A DNA stretch of 64,000 nt from Phoronis australis (taxonomy: Eukaryota; Animalia; Phoronida): assembly GCA_002633005.1 (NCBI GenBank), contig NMRA01000607.1:1-64000 (forward strand), given 5' to 3'. Positions 1 through 12,721 of this stretch are shown piece after piece (the stretch's first letter is position 1; each line of letters opens with the position of its first letter). Below the pieces are notes generated by a model. That model ran no database searches. It was not told the DNA's origin and worked only from the letters and a program-made list of their open reading frames with translations. The position numbers were made by a program, and so were the translations under genes.

Positions 1-753
1 TTGACAAAGAGAGTATTGCGAGTTTCTGGGTGATTCACTAAGGCTTCGATTAAAATTCACATCTTACCAGCAGCTTTTGTTTTTTTCATAGTCACTCAGG
101 TTCCATTTTCTTTAAAAAATGAAGTAAATTTTCTTCATTGCACAGTGGAGCAGACGACGGAAACGGAGTCGTAGTGCGCAGCGCCACTGTCGGTCGTCTG
201 GGATATCGCGGGAGAGCCTATATACTTAGCCATAGTTTCGTTACGAATGCGCCGTGTTCCGAATTTGACACTTGAAATTGTATTTGAGCCCCCCCCAACA
301 CTAAAACTGCACACATTTAAATCTTTTTTCATCCGTATAATTTTAATTTCAGGGGTTTATTAATAAACTCAACTTTTCCCTACGCTCTTACTGTTTTATT
401 TTTTTGCGGCAGCCAAGGGGTGGGGGGGCCGGGCCCCCCCCTAAATCCGTCTATGCTTTAGCAGCAGTATGATAGACTGAAAACGAAAGTCACAAAATGA
501 CTGTTTGCATTGGACGTTCACGGCGTCTGGAACTTGCCGTTGCGACACTTGTGTGGGCGATGCAGTGGAGCGTAGACTGCCAGCCGTCTTGTGAGGTGAC
601 TCACTTGCTAGCCACGATCTTTCTGAAGACTCTACGTTGGTTCGTTTGTGTGGAAAGAGGCCGAGAACTTCACTGAACTTTATGCAGGCGGGCGCAGCTT
701 TCAAAATAAGTATACAGAAACCGGGGCCAACTGTGGCTTTTTCGCCGGGAAAG

Positions 754-1377
754 AGTTTAGTTTCCAGTGAACTTTGGCTGGTTTATGTTCGTGATGTCTG
801 ATCAGTTTTCGAGCCACTGGCCGGGATAACGGCGGAGTCAATCCGGCCTGCCGCCACGGGCCTGATCGGGCTCCGAGCCACTGGCCAGGATAACAAGTGT
901 TTTGTGTTTAGAACTAAAAAAATCACTAGTCTAAACAACACAGATCTGGGTTCTCCTGTCTGTATCTCACGGAAAATACTTCGAAATTATCTCCGAACAG
1001 ACCCCAAACTCCTGCTACGGACCTCATTGGCCTGCCGAACTTTGTAGGCTACGGTGTGTCCAAATACCAATAAATCCGTAAGAGCGAAATAAAACAACAC
1101 GTTTTTATAAGAACTCAGTGTATTTTTAAGGGTTTTACATCAAAGTTTGATGATTTATTGGTGTTAAACGATGACTTCAAGCGATAAGCTGACACCAGTA
1201 ACCCGTGTTGTGAACTGCTGAACAGACTGCGTGTGAAACCGATGACGTCATTGGATAATTTCAACATCTTCGTCTGCCGTCAGGTGTCAGGTAACGCAAC
1301 CGTAGGTGTCGTTATGGAGTAGAACTACTCGATCTAAATTGATACAAATTAGGTTGTTTTTTGGGTGGCATGCTCCT
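754..1377. mobile_element. Kolobok-like non-autonomous DNA transposon, one arm (partial copy)
   Basis: Ends GGGTGGCATGCTCCT followed by TTAA (1378-1381). It is the near reverse complement of 24450-~25010. The left boundary is approximate. Confidence 0.75.
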
Positions 1378-2202
1378 TTAATGTCAGTAGCCTAGTGCTA
1401 TCATGACTATGGCATCTTTGACACAAGTGTGTGAAACTTAATTTCGGGATTCCGATGCTTACGTCATCAATAGCAAGTAGTGCAATGCAGCATTAACACT
1501 TCAAGCTTAAGACATCGTTGTGAAAATGTGAATCATCCATTTTGTGACTTTCGATTTCTAATTAGCGTTTTTGTTAATGCCGGGTTCTCTCACTGCAGGA
1601 CCAAACTCCCCAAGATGATATAAAAGAGCCGAGAATTTCTCTCTAATAATTATATTAATTGCGTTCATCTTCTCAGTTTCCTCGAAATTTGAAAGAAAAT
1701 CAAAAATTCAATTTAGGGGGTAGTTTATTTCAAAGATTTTCCCAGACATTCGTATGCACAAACTGAATTACCCGCTCGAATCATTGAATCTTACGTACGA
1801 ACTCAGCATCTTACATGTAGGCCTACATGAGTACCAAAATCGCGTACATGTATACATGTACACCAGAGTTCGAACAAAATAATTTATTCTGAAGAAAATC
1901 TGTCTTACAAACACCGAGTCATTCGCCCACATGAAATAAACGGTTAATTTCATTGGGGTCCGTGCATGTGTATGCTATTTCATGTCCGCACACACACGTA
2001 TTATGTTGTGGATCGTATGTAGGAGAGTGGTTCAATGGTCCTGGCGTGTCGTTCGAACAAAATGTATTGCACCGTCAGGTGGTGGTTAGTGTGAGCCAAT
2101 AATGGTGTCATTTGACAACATACAATAAATACAATTGCTATTTTGTTGCACAACTATGAATAGTCTTCAGTCACATTGTGTCCATTCTTCTTTTACGTCT
2201 AG

Positions 2203-2801
2203 CTTCCTGCGAAGATTGGAAGAAAATGGGCTGTACTGAGGATGGGGAGTATACTGTTGACTCGGACGGACGAGGTGGCCTGCCGGAATTTACTGTAGAA
2301 TGCAAAATGAATGGACCGTTAGAAGCATCCGAGACCATAATTCATCACGACCGTGAGGAGAAGGCTGATGCCGGCAATTGTGAATGTGCGGTTTGCTGCG
2401 TCGTTCTCGTAAATTATACGGTTACCATTGAACAAATTGTTTCCGTGATTAATGCGTCAACACGTTGCGAACAATTTATTTCATACGACTGCCATGGTGG
2501 CGCTTTCTATTTATACAACTTCCCCAACCAAGCGAACGGTTTCTATTCACGAGATGGAGTGTTGCAAGATTATTGGGGCGGAGCTGTGGCAGGAAGTAAA
2601 AGTTGCGCATGCGGCATGAACAACACTTGTGCCGATTCCAAGAAATGCAACTGTGATGCAAGTGTCTACGAATGGCTCTCGGATTATGGGCATATTACTG
2701 ATAAAAACATCCTCCCCGTAACTAAAATGGGATTTGGAGATTTGGGCGATGTCGATGAACAGGGGAAATACCAACTTGGGCCACTGAGATGTTTTCCTTA
2801 A
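2203..2801 (+). CDS. Terminal exon encoding a CASPR/neurexin-IV-type fibrinogen-like domain
   Basis: Polypyrimidine tract and AG at 2201-2202, then SCEDWK..G.Y.VDSDG.G.LPEFTVECKM...CEQFISYDC...YWGGA..GSKSCACG....C......CNCD......D.G.ITDK..LPV...FGD.....GKYQLGPLRC, stop TAA at 2799-2801. Upstream exons were not resolved. Confidence 0.8.
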
Positions 2802-3049
2802 AATTGAGTTGAACCGTGTTAACAACTCAACGGCATCCTTCGGAGTGTTTCTGACATTGAATTTCATCATATTAAGCTACTATATGCTTGCATTTTGATG
2901 TGTGATTGAAAATATGGCGAATTAAACAGAAGACGCATAACTGATATAAGCTCATGCGAGCATGGGTCATCTGAGGATGAAAAAAACTGCCTTTTTCAAA
3001 ATTGGTGAGCTTGGTGATTTTTTGGATATTCCTCCGCCTAGCAAAAGTT

Positions 3050-5395
3050 ATTTTTTATTTTTTAATGTTTATTACGAAATCTTCAGAATACAATGAATAT
3101 ACATAACCCAGAAAGCGCCAAGAGGCATTAGATCTGGGTAAAAAAAATACAAAGAAGTCTATATACAATGATTATATGCGAATACATAAATAAAAAAACT
3201 GATGTTAAGAATACAATGATATATGACAACGAATGAAAATAATTCATTTTCATACAGATGTATAAAATTCTATCCACTCACACAAAGAGATTTAATGTTA
3301 TAAAGAAATTCTGATACTATTTCAAATAAAACCTTATTTTCATTTGAGTTAAGTCCTTGACATCCATACAGAAAGAAATTAATTTTGTTGTACAATTGCG
3401 GAATTTCAGAATATTTTTTATAAACATTGGGGTATTGTTCGAGTGCCTGGAAGAGCTGTACCCTCTCCTCCTTGCATACCTCACAAGCAAAGAAAACATG
3501 AGGATATGTCTGGGTATCTCCACAGGAACACAGAGGCGAAATATTATTAAAATTCTGTCTAAATTTCTCGTTGTTAAGGAATAGACCACATCTTGATCTG
3601 TATAGGGTTATTTCATGGTTGCGGGGAAGTTGGAATGATGTCAATGGGACTGGCAAGTCTGGAGTAGTGGTATGCATTTTAAAGTTATTTTTGAGAGTGA
3701 CGATTGAAGCGCTTTCTTTTATTTTGAATGGTGAGGAATTCCAGTTGTCAATACAAGTTAATATCGTTGATCTTCTGAAGGCTTGGCTGATGGAGGCTGG
3801 AATAGTATACATATTGCTTTGCTGGAGTCCTGGTCTCGTGCTTGGTCTTTTGTAGGAGTCAAAGAGGATTTTGTTAGAGTAATTGTTTATGTTGGTTAAG
3901 ACTTTGAATGTACATGTATACATGGACAGGTGGAGTTTACAACGGGTTGCTAGTTTGCTCCAGTGAAGACTATTTAGAACCTTGATTGTGTTGGACCCTT
4001 TGTATGCCCCGGTTATGACTAAAGCTGCTTGGTATTGTAGTCTTTCTAATAGAAGAAGTATGCCAGCGTTTGCCGATTGGTAGATTATGTCACAGTAATC
4101 TAGATGTGGAAGTACAAAAGACTTGAACAGGGTTTCGAGATGCATGGAGTTGAGATGACGAGAGATAATTTTAATTGGATTAATTAATTTTTGTACTTTT
4201 TGAACGAGTTCGCGACAATGAGGAGTAAATGTAAGCTTATGGTCGAGTAGCAAGCCAAGATGTTTGTGCGTGAACTTATTGGGGATAACTTCCCCATTGA
4301 GTGATAATTCCAGTGTTGGATTTGTTTGGAAATGAGTATTATTAGACTTAGAAAATATAAGATCAACACTTTTTTCAGGTTTAAATTTCATCTTCCATTT
4401 GTGAGACCAGTCATAGAGTTTGTTAAGGTCAGTTTGCAATTGTAAGGAGTCATGGGGATGCTCTTTTGAGAATGGGTGGAAAATTGCAGTGTCATCAGCA
4501 TATAAGAATGTTTTAGAGCTTATCGTGTCTGGAAGATCATTGATGTACAGTAAAAAGAGTAAGGGGCCTAATACGCTACCCTGTGGTACTCCAGCATTTA
4601 CGAAACCTGGCGTTGATGAAGGTGATAAGACACCCTCAATTCGGACTTTGTAAGTTCGATTTTCCAGATATGATTTTAAAAGTAAGAGGAGAGTGCCTGA
4701 GAAACCGTAAGATTGTAATTTATGTAGAAGCATGTCATGGGGAACGACATCAAAAGCTGACGCAATGTCTAAAAATACGGATCTCACGTTGTACCCTTGC
4801 TCAAACGGGAGGTGGATGTCGTGTACAATTTCTGTAAGTTGCGACACAGTGCTGTTACCAGGCATGAATCCAAATTGGCGACGATATATGAGGTTCAAAC
4901 ATGTGCTGAGAAATGATTTTTTCTAAAATTTTGGATAAGGTGTTTAGTAGAGTTATGGGGCGATAGTTGGCAATGTCTGTTTTGGAGTTCTTTTTGTGTA
5001 TTGGTATCATAACGCCAAGCTTCCAGTTCGAAGGAAATTTTCCAGATTGTAGTATTTTGTTGTATAATGTTGTCAGAGGAAGTGTAAGCTCTCTTGCTAT
5101 TATCTTGATCATTTTATTGGTTATGAGATTGGTACCGTCGTTTTTGTTTTCGTCAATGTTTTCTAGTAGTTTCCTGACTTCAGATGGTTGGGCTTCTATA
5201 TGTAAGAGAGGTGTTCTAATGTTCTGTTTGGGAATTCTGGATAGTTTATTAATGGTGCAATGTGCCTCTTGGCAGTGAAGTAGTCTAGAAATAAGATACT
5301 TTTATCGGCTTTGGATGACGCCTGAGAGTTGGACTCTTTTGAGTGGATGGTGGGGTATGATGATTGCTTTACCTGTCCTCTCAATTTGTCTGACG
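3050..5395 (-). mobile_element. 5'-truncated, frameshifted CR1-group LINE (RT and C-terminal region)
   Basis: ORF 3270-4898 has QFGF, GVPQGSVLGPLLF, YADD and a C-terminal CSC..H.FF.C motif. Upstream RT-adjacent pieces lie in other frames (4855-5112 NYRPITLL; 5196-5399). A-rich tail near 3050-3072. No TSD found. Confidence 0.9.
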
Positions 5396-5781
5396 TCACC
5401 TATTTTATACTTTCTTGTAAATCAAGGTCGATTTGCACACCGATATTGCACAATAGATTTCTACGAAGAAGTAGCTAACAGTGACAGCCCTTGCAAAATT
5501 AATTGGATTTATTCTAATTTATGATAACGAGTCGAAATATTAGCATTTGTTTACGTTCTGCCTTTTTATTGTCAACGTTTGTTGACGGCCCGATCAATAT
5601 TTTTTGCCGTCGAATTTGTTTCATATATCCGTGTGAACTTCCACACGTGAATCGTAGTGTAAACATACACGTAATTTTAATAATTTGTTCAATGATCATC
5701 CATGCATATTTATTCTACCAACATGCAGGTGCGTATTTAGGACATGCGCTAATATCGTTCGCCTATTTACAAAACTGCCTC

Positions 5782-5921
5782 CCGTTCAGTAACGCTAGTA
5801 CCTCGCTAAAAACAAGAGTTGACAAGATTGCGTGAGATATTGCCTTGTATTTTAAATGAGAACACGTGACTTTGGCTAGATTTTAGCTAGGTCCTAGCGT
5901 AGGTTCTAGCGCTACTGAACG
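5782..5921. mobile_element. Short inverted-repeat MITE (second copy at ~34172-34300)
   Basis: Inverted termini CGTTCAGTAACGCTAG...CTAGCGCTACTGAACG. Internal sequence (gatattgcc.tgtattttaaat...aacacgtgactttgg) is shared with 34172-34300. Confidence 0.6.
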
Positions 5922-6957
5922 CACGTCTGTTTAGTAAACCCCAGGTGCACTAAACCCACACTTTCTGTCAACAAACTTTGACTGAGACCACCCTTTGTTA
6001 TAGAAATGGTCTCATTAGATTAAAATCGATTTCTAAGCTTGAAAAGAACTGAAGCTCCTTAATCGTTCAGATTTTGCTGTGGCGGGTTATTTCAGACCTA
6101 AAAGAAGTATGGACTTAGGCGTTACAACCAAGTTCATCTGAAACAAAGGGTAAGAAGGCGATGACGTAGGAAAAAGCATCAGTTAGCCCTTGACCCGGCT
6201 CTTGCATCGTAGACCATGCTTTTTTAACCCTGAGATTTCCCTTTTATTCTTTGTCCCTGTGTACAAATCACTGTAAAATACCTTTAATTTACATGTATAA
6301 ATACTCTTGACTTACATTGTATTTTATTTCACTGTACATATACTCTTTTATGTTGTTAGTTTTGTTGTTCTTCGTAATTGTAATTATCTATTTAATTTAT
6401 CGTTACTCGATATTCAGATAATCAAATTAGCGGCCCGTGCCTTTTCTGGCCACCCAGTCATATAACAATGTATGTTTTAATATTATTTAATAATAAAGTT
6501 TGCTTCTCTCTCCAGTACTGCATTTGAAGTGGAATTCCGTTAAATTGTCTGTTCATTGTCCATGTAACCGAGAACACAATATTTTACTAAGGCGGACTAA
6601 TATTGATTGCTCGATAGCGGTGTTTCTGGAAATAAACATACAAAGGGTGACTTTTAGTGGAAACTCCACATTAATGGATCCTGTTTTCGAGTCCATTCCC
6701 TAAATGCCGGGTGGGTACCCGTATAAGGAGTGCACGCCCCTCGAAAAGCGACTATCCACTTGGGACTTGGCGGTACCATTACCTGAGCCATTTTCATAGG
6801 CAGTAGCGGTCTCCAGTGTACGGCGTCTGCCGGGATCCCATCATGGAAGTGTTAGACGGACCTTCTTGAGAGAATGCTAGGCGCATATATGTCCCGTCGT
6901 GACAAGCTTGCTTGTAGAGCCTAGTCGGCAAAAGCAAGTAAAAAGAGCGCAGGGTAA

Positions 6958-7212
6958 CATGCGCGCACCCAGGGGTCATCGGGACCTCGAACGAGCCCCC
7001 CCCTATTTATCGAAGTGGGCAAAAAGGTGCGCCTCAGAGGAAGAAAAAGTCCGAGAAAACGAGACAAAAGTCCACTTAAAAGGCGCGAATGCACGATTCA
7101 CACCTGTGAACGTGTTACCCCGTTTTTTTTGTCCCCCGTTTTTGTTGGTAAAAGGTTCACCACACTTTCAAGAATTCGAGCCCCACTATAATTTAGGCTG
7201 GGTGCGCGCGTA
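6958..7212. mobile_element. MITE, CATGCGCGCACCCAG-terminus family
   Basis: TIR CATGCGCGCACCCAG...CTGGGTGCGCGCGT. Core aaaaagtccgagaaaacgagacaaaagtccac is shared with copies at 16663, 26724, 45860 and 49291. TSD is imperfect here. Confidence 0.65.
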
Positions 7213-9013
7213 GGGTACAGGTATTTTTCGTGACCTATGAAGTTATTTTTGACTTGCATGAAAGGGAACCTGGCGTTTTCCATTGGCCTCCATAACTTAA
7301 AACAACATTAAACCGCGGTGTTGCTAACCTTGCCATTAGTCATTTTGCCGCGACAGTGTAAAGGTATTGTATTTAGATTCTATTCCAGCAGCAATGTAGA
7401 CCAATAAATACTTATTCACGGATTTCTTACGGGTCTAACACATATCACCTTATCTTTTTTCCGTCACACGCAAAAATACAATCAGATGAAAAATTACGTC
7501 AAGCCAGTCTCCGACTAAATGTTTCCGCCCGAGTATGTAATGAGATATAATCACTCAATTGAACATCCCAGATTTGAAAGGTTTACTGGAAGTAACGCGA
7601 AAACGTTCTTCACCCCATTGAGTACCATTAGAGTACCATTCTTTGCGATCAACTGCGACGGCATCCTCATTTCTGGTATTACAAATTTCGTCTTATCTCA
7701 GGAACATAGAGCTGAGAGTCCTCGTTGCGGTGGATATAGATTTCTCTCCCCCATAACTGCATCAAGGGCATGGTGCTTGGTGCCGCAGCTATAAGCACAA
7801 GTAAATTTTTGAATCATGGCGGTTTTAATTAGCATTGCTTATGAAAATGCGAGATGTATCCGGCAAAAAAAACTTGAACTATCAACTTCACTGACCGTGG
7901 AAACGTTGGTGAATTCCTCAAAATAATCTGCCTGCAGCGCTAGTTAAAGAAATTATAAGCAAAAATTTTGCATAATGGCGGTCTTAATTTGCACTTTTAG
8001 AAAAATGCTCAAGGGTTGCAAACGGTCACCCCCCTAAATTATGGTCACTTAACCCTGGAAAAACAATTTTATCCGGCCAATCCAGGTTCAGCCCCCTGGC
8101 TCCCGGAATATAAGGGAAACAAAGGTGAAAGTCCATTTACGCCTGAAATTAATATGATCTTTGTTTAGAATACTGACATTTCTAATGATAGATGTTTTAA
8201 AGAGGCATAGAACACGAAAGCTCGTCAAGATATATCTTAAACAATTTCTGACGAAAGTACCACCTCACACCGTTTACCACAGTGTTATTCACTTTCCCCT
8301 GTGAGGAAATTTACAGAACAAAATCATAAAATTCACGTGTTTTGAAATACGCGCGAAGGAAAAATTCTATAGTTATCACAGAGTTTTTAATTTTCCTCTC
8401 ACTTAAAGGAGAATTCTACCCCATTTAATTAGTCATTTTTACCGACTTAATCGGTCTATATCCACATCGAATCGCATACGGTCGACCTTACCTTGCCGAG
8501 AGGTGCCACGAAAACCTGTGAGGAAGGTGAGAAACGACGCAGCGACGTCAGTGGTTCATCTGCAGAGTGAATGCCGCTATATTGCGGTGCATCGGTTCCC
8601 GCTTGTCCAAACTATGAAGCTGCGAAGAAAGCGGGTATATCGTTTTTTCGACTTCCTTGAGAGTCCGAAATGCTTAGGAAGTAGCTCGCGGTAGTGAAGA
8701 ATGAAAGGTACGCTGTTAATAGCAAATATTAGGTCGTGAAACATCTCCGTGTCTGTGGCCGGCATTTCGTCGACAGTTTTTTTTTTTTCACTGTGATATA
8801 TATTTATTGAAGGATACACAGAACATACAAAGAAATAATAACAAACCCAGAAACCGCGAAGCATTATATCTGGGTTGTAAACAATTCATAAATGAAACTT
8901 ATATACATAGAGATATATACAATTAAGTAGTATCTAAAATAATTATTCCAATACTTAGACATGCTATTACAGATATATAAAAACAAAAATATTTACAGAT
9001 TCATGTAGGGAAA

Positions 9014-12000
9014 TCAGATGCAACAATATTGATAAACGGTATATAAAAATTTGCTAACGTTGCTTAGGAGGAATTCGTTAAGAACAAAGTCAAGGTTAGG
9101 ACTACCATTCAGTAATAATGTAACTCTAGTAGGGATATTATTACAAGAATTGAGAGCGTTAACAACTGATTGGTTATCATTGAGTGCACGAAAGAGTGAG
9201 TCTCTCAGGGATTCGATGAGGGGACATTTGAAGAAAATATGAGGATAAGATTGATGGTCACCACATTTACAGTTTGGAGATACATTACTAAAGTTGTGCC
9301 TGAACTTGTCAGAGTTGAGGAAAAGGCCACATCTTGATCTGTACAATGCTATTTCGTTATCGCGGGTAAGGGAGAATTGAGTCAAGGGTGTTGAGTTATC
9401 AAAATTATGAAAAACAGTTCTAAAATTATTTTTTATACTCGTAAAAGAGTTGCTTTCCTTAACAGAGACTGGAAGAGAATTCCAGTTGTTGATGCACATC
9501 ATGACTGTAGACCTTCTGAATGCCTGACTGAACGACGGAGGAATTGCATATGGGGTGGAGAATCTCAAATCACTACGATGGCCTTGTCTAATATATAGAT
9601 CAAATATTTTTTTGACAGACACGTTGTTGACATTGTTTATTACCTTGAACGTAAATGTGGTCATGTGAAGATTGCGTCGAGTAGACAGTTTGGGCCACTT
9701 GAGATTATTCAAAACCTTAACACTATTGGATCCCCTGTAAGCTCCAGTTATGAGTAAGGCGGCTTGATATTGTAACTTCTCCAAATGTTGGAGTGCACCC
9801 GTATTGGCAGACTGATATATAATATCACAATAATCAATGTGTGGAAGTACAAAGGACTTGAACAAAACTTCTAAATGTGTAGAATTCAGATGACGAGAGA
9901 CAAGCTTAAGTGGGTTAATTAGTTCCTGAGTTTTTTGTACGAGCTCCCGAACGTGAGGGGTGAATGAGAGTTTTTCATCTAACAGTATACCCAGATGTCT
10001 GTGCGACTGTTTTCTAGGAATGATTTCATCATTAAGTTTAAGGTCATAAGACGGGTCAACAAGGAAGAGAGCATTAATAGATTTGGAGAAGGTAAGGTCA
10101 ACGCTTTTTTCTGGTTTAAAATTCATTCTCCATTCTTGTGACCAATAGCTTAGTTTATTTAAGTCGTGTTGAAGCTGCAAAGAACATTCAGGGCTGCTCC
10201 CTGCGAAGGGGTAAAAAAGCGCCGTGTCATCTGCATAAAGGTATGTGCTACATGACAGGTTATCAGGAAGGTCATTAATATAAACCAAGAAGAGAAGAGG
10301 GCCCAATACGCTACCCTGCGGTACACCTGCGTTTACAAATCCAGGATGGGATAAAATTGAAAGTACGCCATCGACACGAACACTGTATGTTCTTTCGGAG
10401 AGATATGAGGTGATCATGTTTAAAAGATTACCAGTAATGCCATAGGATCGAAGTTTGTGAAGTAGAAGGTCGTGAGGGACACAGTCGAAAGCAGAAGCTA
10501 TATCTAGAAAAATGGACCTGACACTCTCTCCCTTCTCAAAATGTAAATGAATCTCATGTACTATTTCAACAAGTTGTGCCACGGTGCTGTTCCCACGCAA
10601 AAAACCAAATTGACGATGATAGATCAAGTTGTTTTGTTTGAGAAATGTAAGAATACTTTGAGCAATGATCTTCTCAAAGATTTTGGACAGGGTGTTAAGT
10701 AATGTTATTGGGCGATAATTTGAAATTTCAGTTTTGGAGCCTTTTTTGTGTATGGGGACCATAATTCCATGTTTCCAAGAAGACGGATAAATGCCTAGCT
10801 GAAGAAGTTTGTTAAACAGATTGGTCAGGGGCATGGTAATTTCGTTGGCAATCATTTTGATCATCTTGCTGGTTATTAAAGCTGTGCCATCATTCTTATT
10901 GGGGTCAATTTCATTGAGATACTTCCGGACATCAGTTTGATTAGCCGGGATGTCAGACAGTTGATTGAGACAACGTTCACGAAGAAAGGGAAAGTTACTT
11001 ACTTCAGTTGGTGTAATGTGGCTTTTGTTCGTGAAAAATTTGAGAAACAAATCACACTTGTCACTACTACGTGAGGCTAGGTTACCATTATAGTTGATGA
11101 CAGGATAGGAGGATTGCTGTTGACTGCCGCGTATTTTATTGATGATGTTCCAGTATTCTTTGGAATTCTTGCTTGCGCTGTTAATTTGTTGAAAAAGCTT
11201 GTGTCGGTGATCAGCTTTGGCTTGATTTACTAAAGTTTCAACCAGACGTGACTGCTCCTTGTATCTGTTGTAGATTATAGTGTTGTTAGATCTTCTGAAA
11301 GAGCTGTAAAGTCTGTTTCTTGTGCGGATTGCCCGTTTAACATTACTGTTGAACCACGGTTTGCTGTTGTGTTTAATTATCTTTTCAGTTGATGGGATGT
11401 TGTTTTTTAAGATTTCATAGAGAGTACTAGTGAAGAGTGAAACAGTGTCATCAATGTCGCCAGTGTTCAATATGGAATCCCAGTCAGTGTTGGTGATATC
11501 CTGACGCAGTTTATCGGTGTCGACCTGATCATATTTCCAGTTGGTTCGAGTGGTGTGTTGCTCTTTAACCGGTTTTTTAAGTGTTAGAGTGGTTTCGATA
11601 GTGTGGTGATCAGAATTGCCAACAGGAGGTAGTACAGAACATGAGTCAATGATACTCAAATTGTTTGTTATACACAGGTCAATACATGAATGAGAAACGT
11701 CGGTGATACGGGTTGGCTCATTAATTAGTTGTATGCAGTCATTAGACAATAAAATATCAAACAATTGTAGTCCGGCCGTATTGTCATGATCATCATTGTA
11801 CCATGTAGAGTTTCGGGCATTGAAATCACCATTTATGATTATACTAACGCTATTGCGGTTAAGTTCCGCTAACTGATCCGCTAGGGCTTTGAAGTAGAGT
11901 TTTCTTTCAGTTGGAGATTGAGAAGGTGAGCGATAAAACAACCCATAGTAAATTTTTCTGTGATCGAAATAAATTTCGATCCAGCAGTTGCATAACTGAG

Positions 12001-12721
12001 GACAAGTTAAGCTAGGACATAATTTAAATGAGAGTGTGTTTTTAGTGAATAAAATGATACCACGGCCACTGTTGCTGTGATACGAAACACTGTAACCAGG
12101 AATGATTAGTTCATTATCAAGGTCGTCTTTGGTAACATTACAAGTTTCACAAAGAGCGACAATCATATAATCGTAAGACAGAACAAAGTTTTTTAGAAGT
12201 TGGAATCTGGAGAAATTGTTGGATTTAATACTGTTAATATTTGAAAATAAGATTTTAAAGGTAGTATTGTCTTCAGGCCCAGGATTTTCTTCAACATCGC
12301 CAGCTAAAAGGAGGCACATGCCAATGACGATTCCGTAATCCATACAGGTGTTACATAAACAATAGTAAGACACATCAGTAAGCTGAACCCGCATAGCGTG
12401 ATATCTCATTCGATGCCGGTGAGAGGAATTGAACTGTGACCATGAGGGGGAAAACAATGTAAGACCAGAGAAACTCACACTACTCGAGGCACTCAAAGGA
12501 TAGCCGTATTTAACAATTAATACACCAATGCTTGTTGAAAATTCAAGGGTTGTTAAATGAATAAGGTAGTCTGGACAACTAGGGTAGTCATTTTTAAAAA
12601 ACAAAATTATATCATAGGCTCGCTTACAGGTACATAAATAGCAACTTAGTTGAAAAGCACAACATATAAATTCAATCTTGGGAAACCAGTTAGTTCTGTT
12701 GCAAGTGAATACAAAACACAT
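9014..12721 (-). CDS. LINE polyprotein: N-terminal peptide, 2A, APE endonuclease, reverse transcriptase, C-terminal Cys/His motif
   Basis: Uninterrupted frame; first ATG is at 12721 (the track start at 12766 is TTG). APE motifs SNINS, LCET, GDFNA and SDH; RT motifs NYRPITLL, QFGF, GVPQGSVLGP and YADD; C-terminal CKC...H.FFKC. Confidence 0.92.
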   Translation of the reverse strand: MCFVFTCNRTNWFPKIEFICCAFQLSCYLCTCKRAYDIILFFKNDYPSCPDYLIHLTTLEFSTSIGVLIVKYGYPLSASSSVSFSGLTLFSPSWSQFNSSHRHRMRYHAMRVQLTDVSYYCLCNTCMDYGIVIGMCLLLAGDVEENPGPEDNTTFKILFSNINSIKSNNFSRFQLLKNFVLSYDYMIVALCETCNVTKDDLDNELIIPGYSVSYHSNSGRGIILFTKNTLSFKLCPSLTCPQLCNCWIEIYFDHRKIYYGLFYRSPSQSPTERKLYFKALADQLAELNRNSVSIIINGDFNARNSTWYNDDHDNTAGLQLFDILLSNDCIQLINEPTRITDVSHSCIDLCITNNLSIIDSCSVLPPVGNSDHHTIETTLTLKKPVKEQHTTRTNWKYDQVDTDKLRQDITNTDWDSILNTGDIDDTVSLFTSTLYEILKNNIPSTEKIIKHNSKPWFNSNVKRAIRTRNRLYSSFRRSNNTIIYNRYKEQSRLVETLVNQAKADHRHKLFQQINSASKNSKEYWNIINKIRGSQQQSSYPVINYNGNLASRSSDKCDLFLKFFTNKSHITPTEVSNFPFLRERCLNQLSDIPANQTDVRKYLNEIDPNKNDGTALITSKMIKMIANEITMPLTNLFNKLLQLGIYPSSWKHGIMVPIHKKGSKTEISNYRPITLLNTLSKIFEKIIAQSILTFLKQNNLIYHRQFGFLRGNSTVAQLVEIVHEIHLHFEKGESVRSIFLDIASAFDCVPHDLLLHKLRSYGITGNLLNMITSYLSERTYSVRVDGVLSILSHPGFVNAGVPQGSVLGPLLFLVYINDLPDNLSCSTYLYADDTALFYPFAGSSPECSLQLQHDLNKLSYWSQEWRMNFKPEKSVDLTFSKSINALFLVDPSYDLKLNDEIIPRKQSHRHLGILLDEKLSFTPHVRELVQKTQELINPLKLVSRHLNSTHLEVLFKSFVLPHIDYCDIIYQSANTGALQHLEKLQYQAALLITGAYRGSNSVKVLNNLKWPKLSTRRNLHMTTFTFKVINNVNNVSVKKIFDLYIRQGHRSDLRFSTPYAIPPSFSQAFRRSTVMMCINNWNSLPVSVKESNSFTSIKNNFRTVFHNFDNSTPLTQFSLTRDNEIALYRSRCGLFLNSDKFRHNFSNVSPNCKCGDHQSYPHIFFKCPLIESLRDSLFRALNDNQSVVNALNSCNNIPTRVTLLLNGSPNLDFVLNEFLLSNVSKFLYTVYQYCCI
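12275..12319 (-). other. 2A-like ribosomal skipping (StopGo) peptide MCLLLAGDVEENPGP
   Basis: Exact D(V/I)ExNPG/P consensus, immediately upstream of the APE domain and in frame with it. Confidence 0.9.

Noticed and set aside
520-620. CRCDTC..M...DC..CE Cys pattern resembling KolX/P2X7 C-terminal motifs
   Set aside because: It needs a frameshift, is short, and lies on the wrong strand relative to the YQFEP stub in sister elements.
2023-2084. Possible small upstream exon of the fibrinogen-like gene
   Set aside because: AG and GT sites with compatible phase exist, but the peptide is unrecognisable and unsupported.
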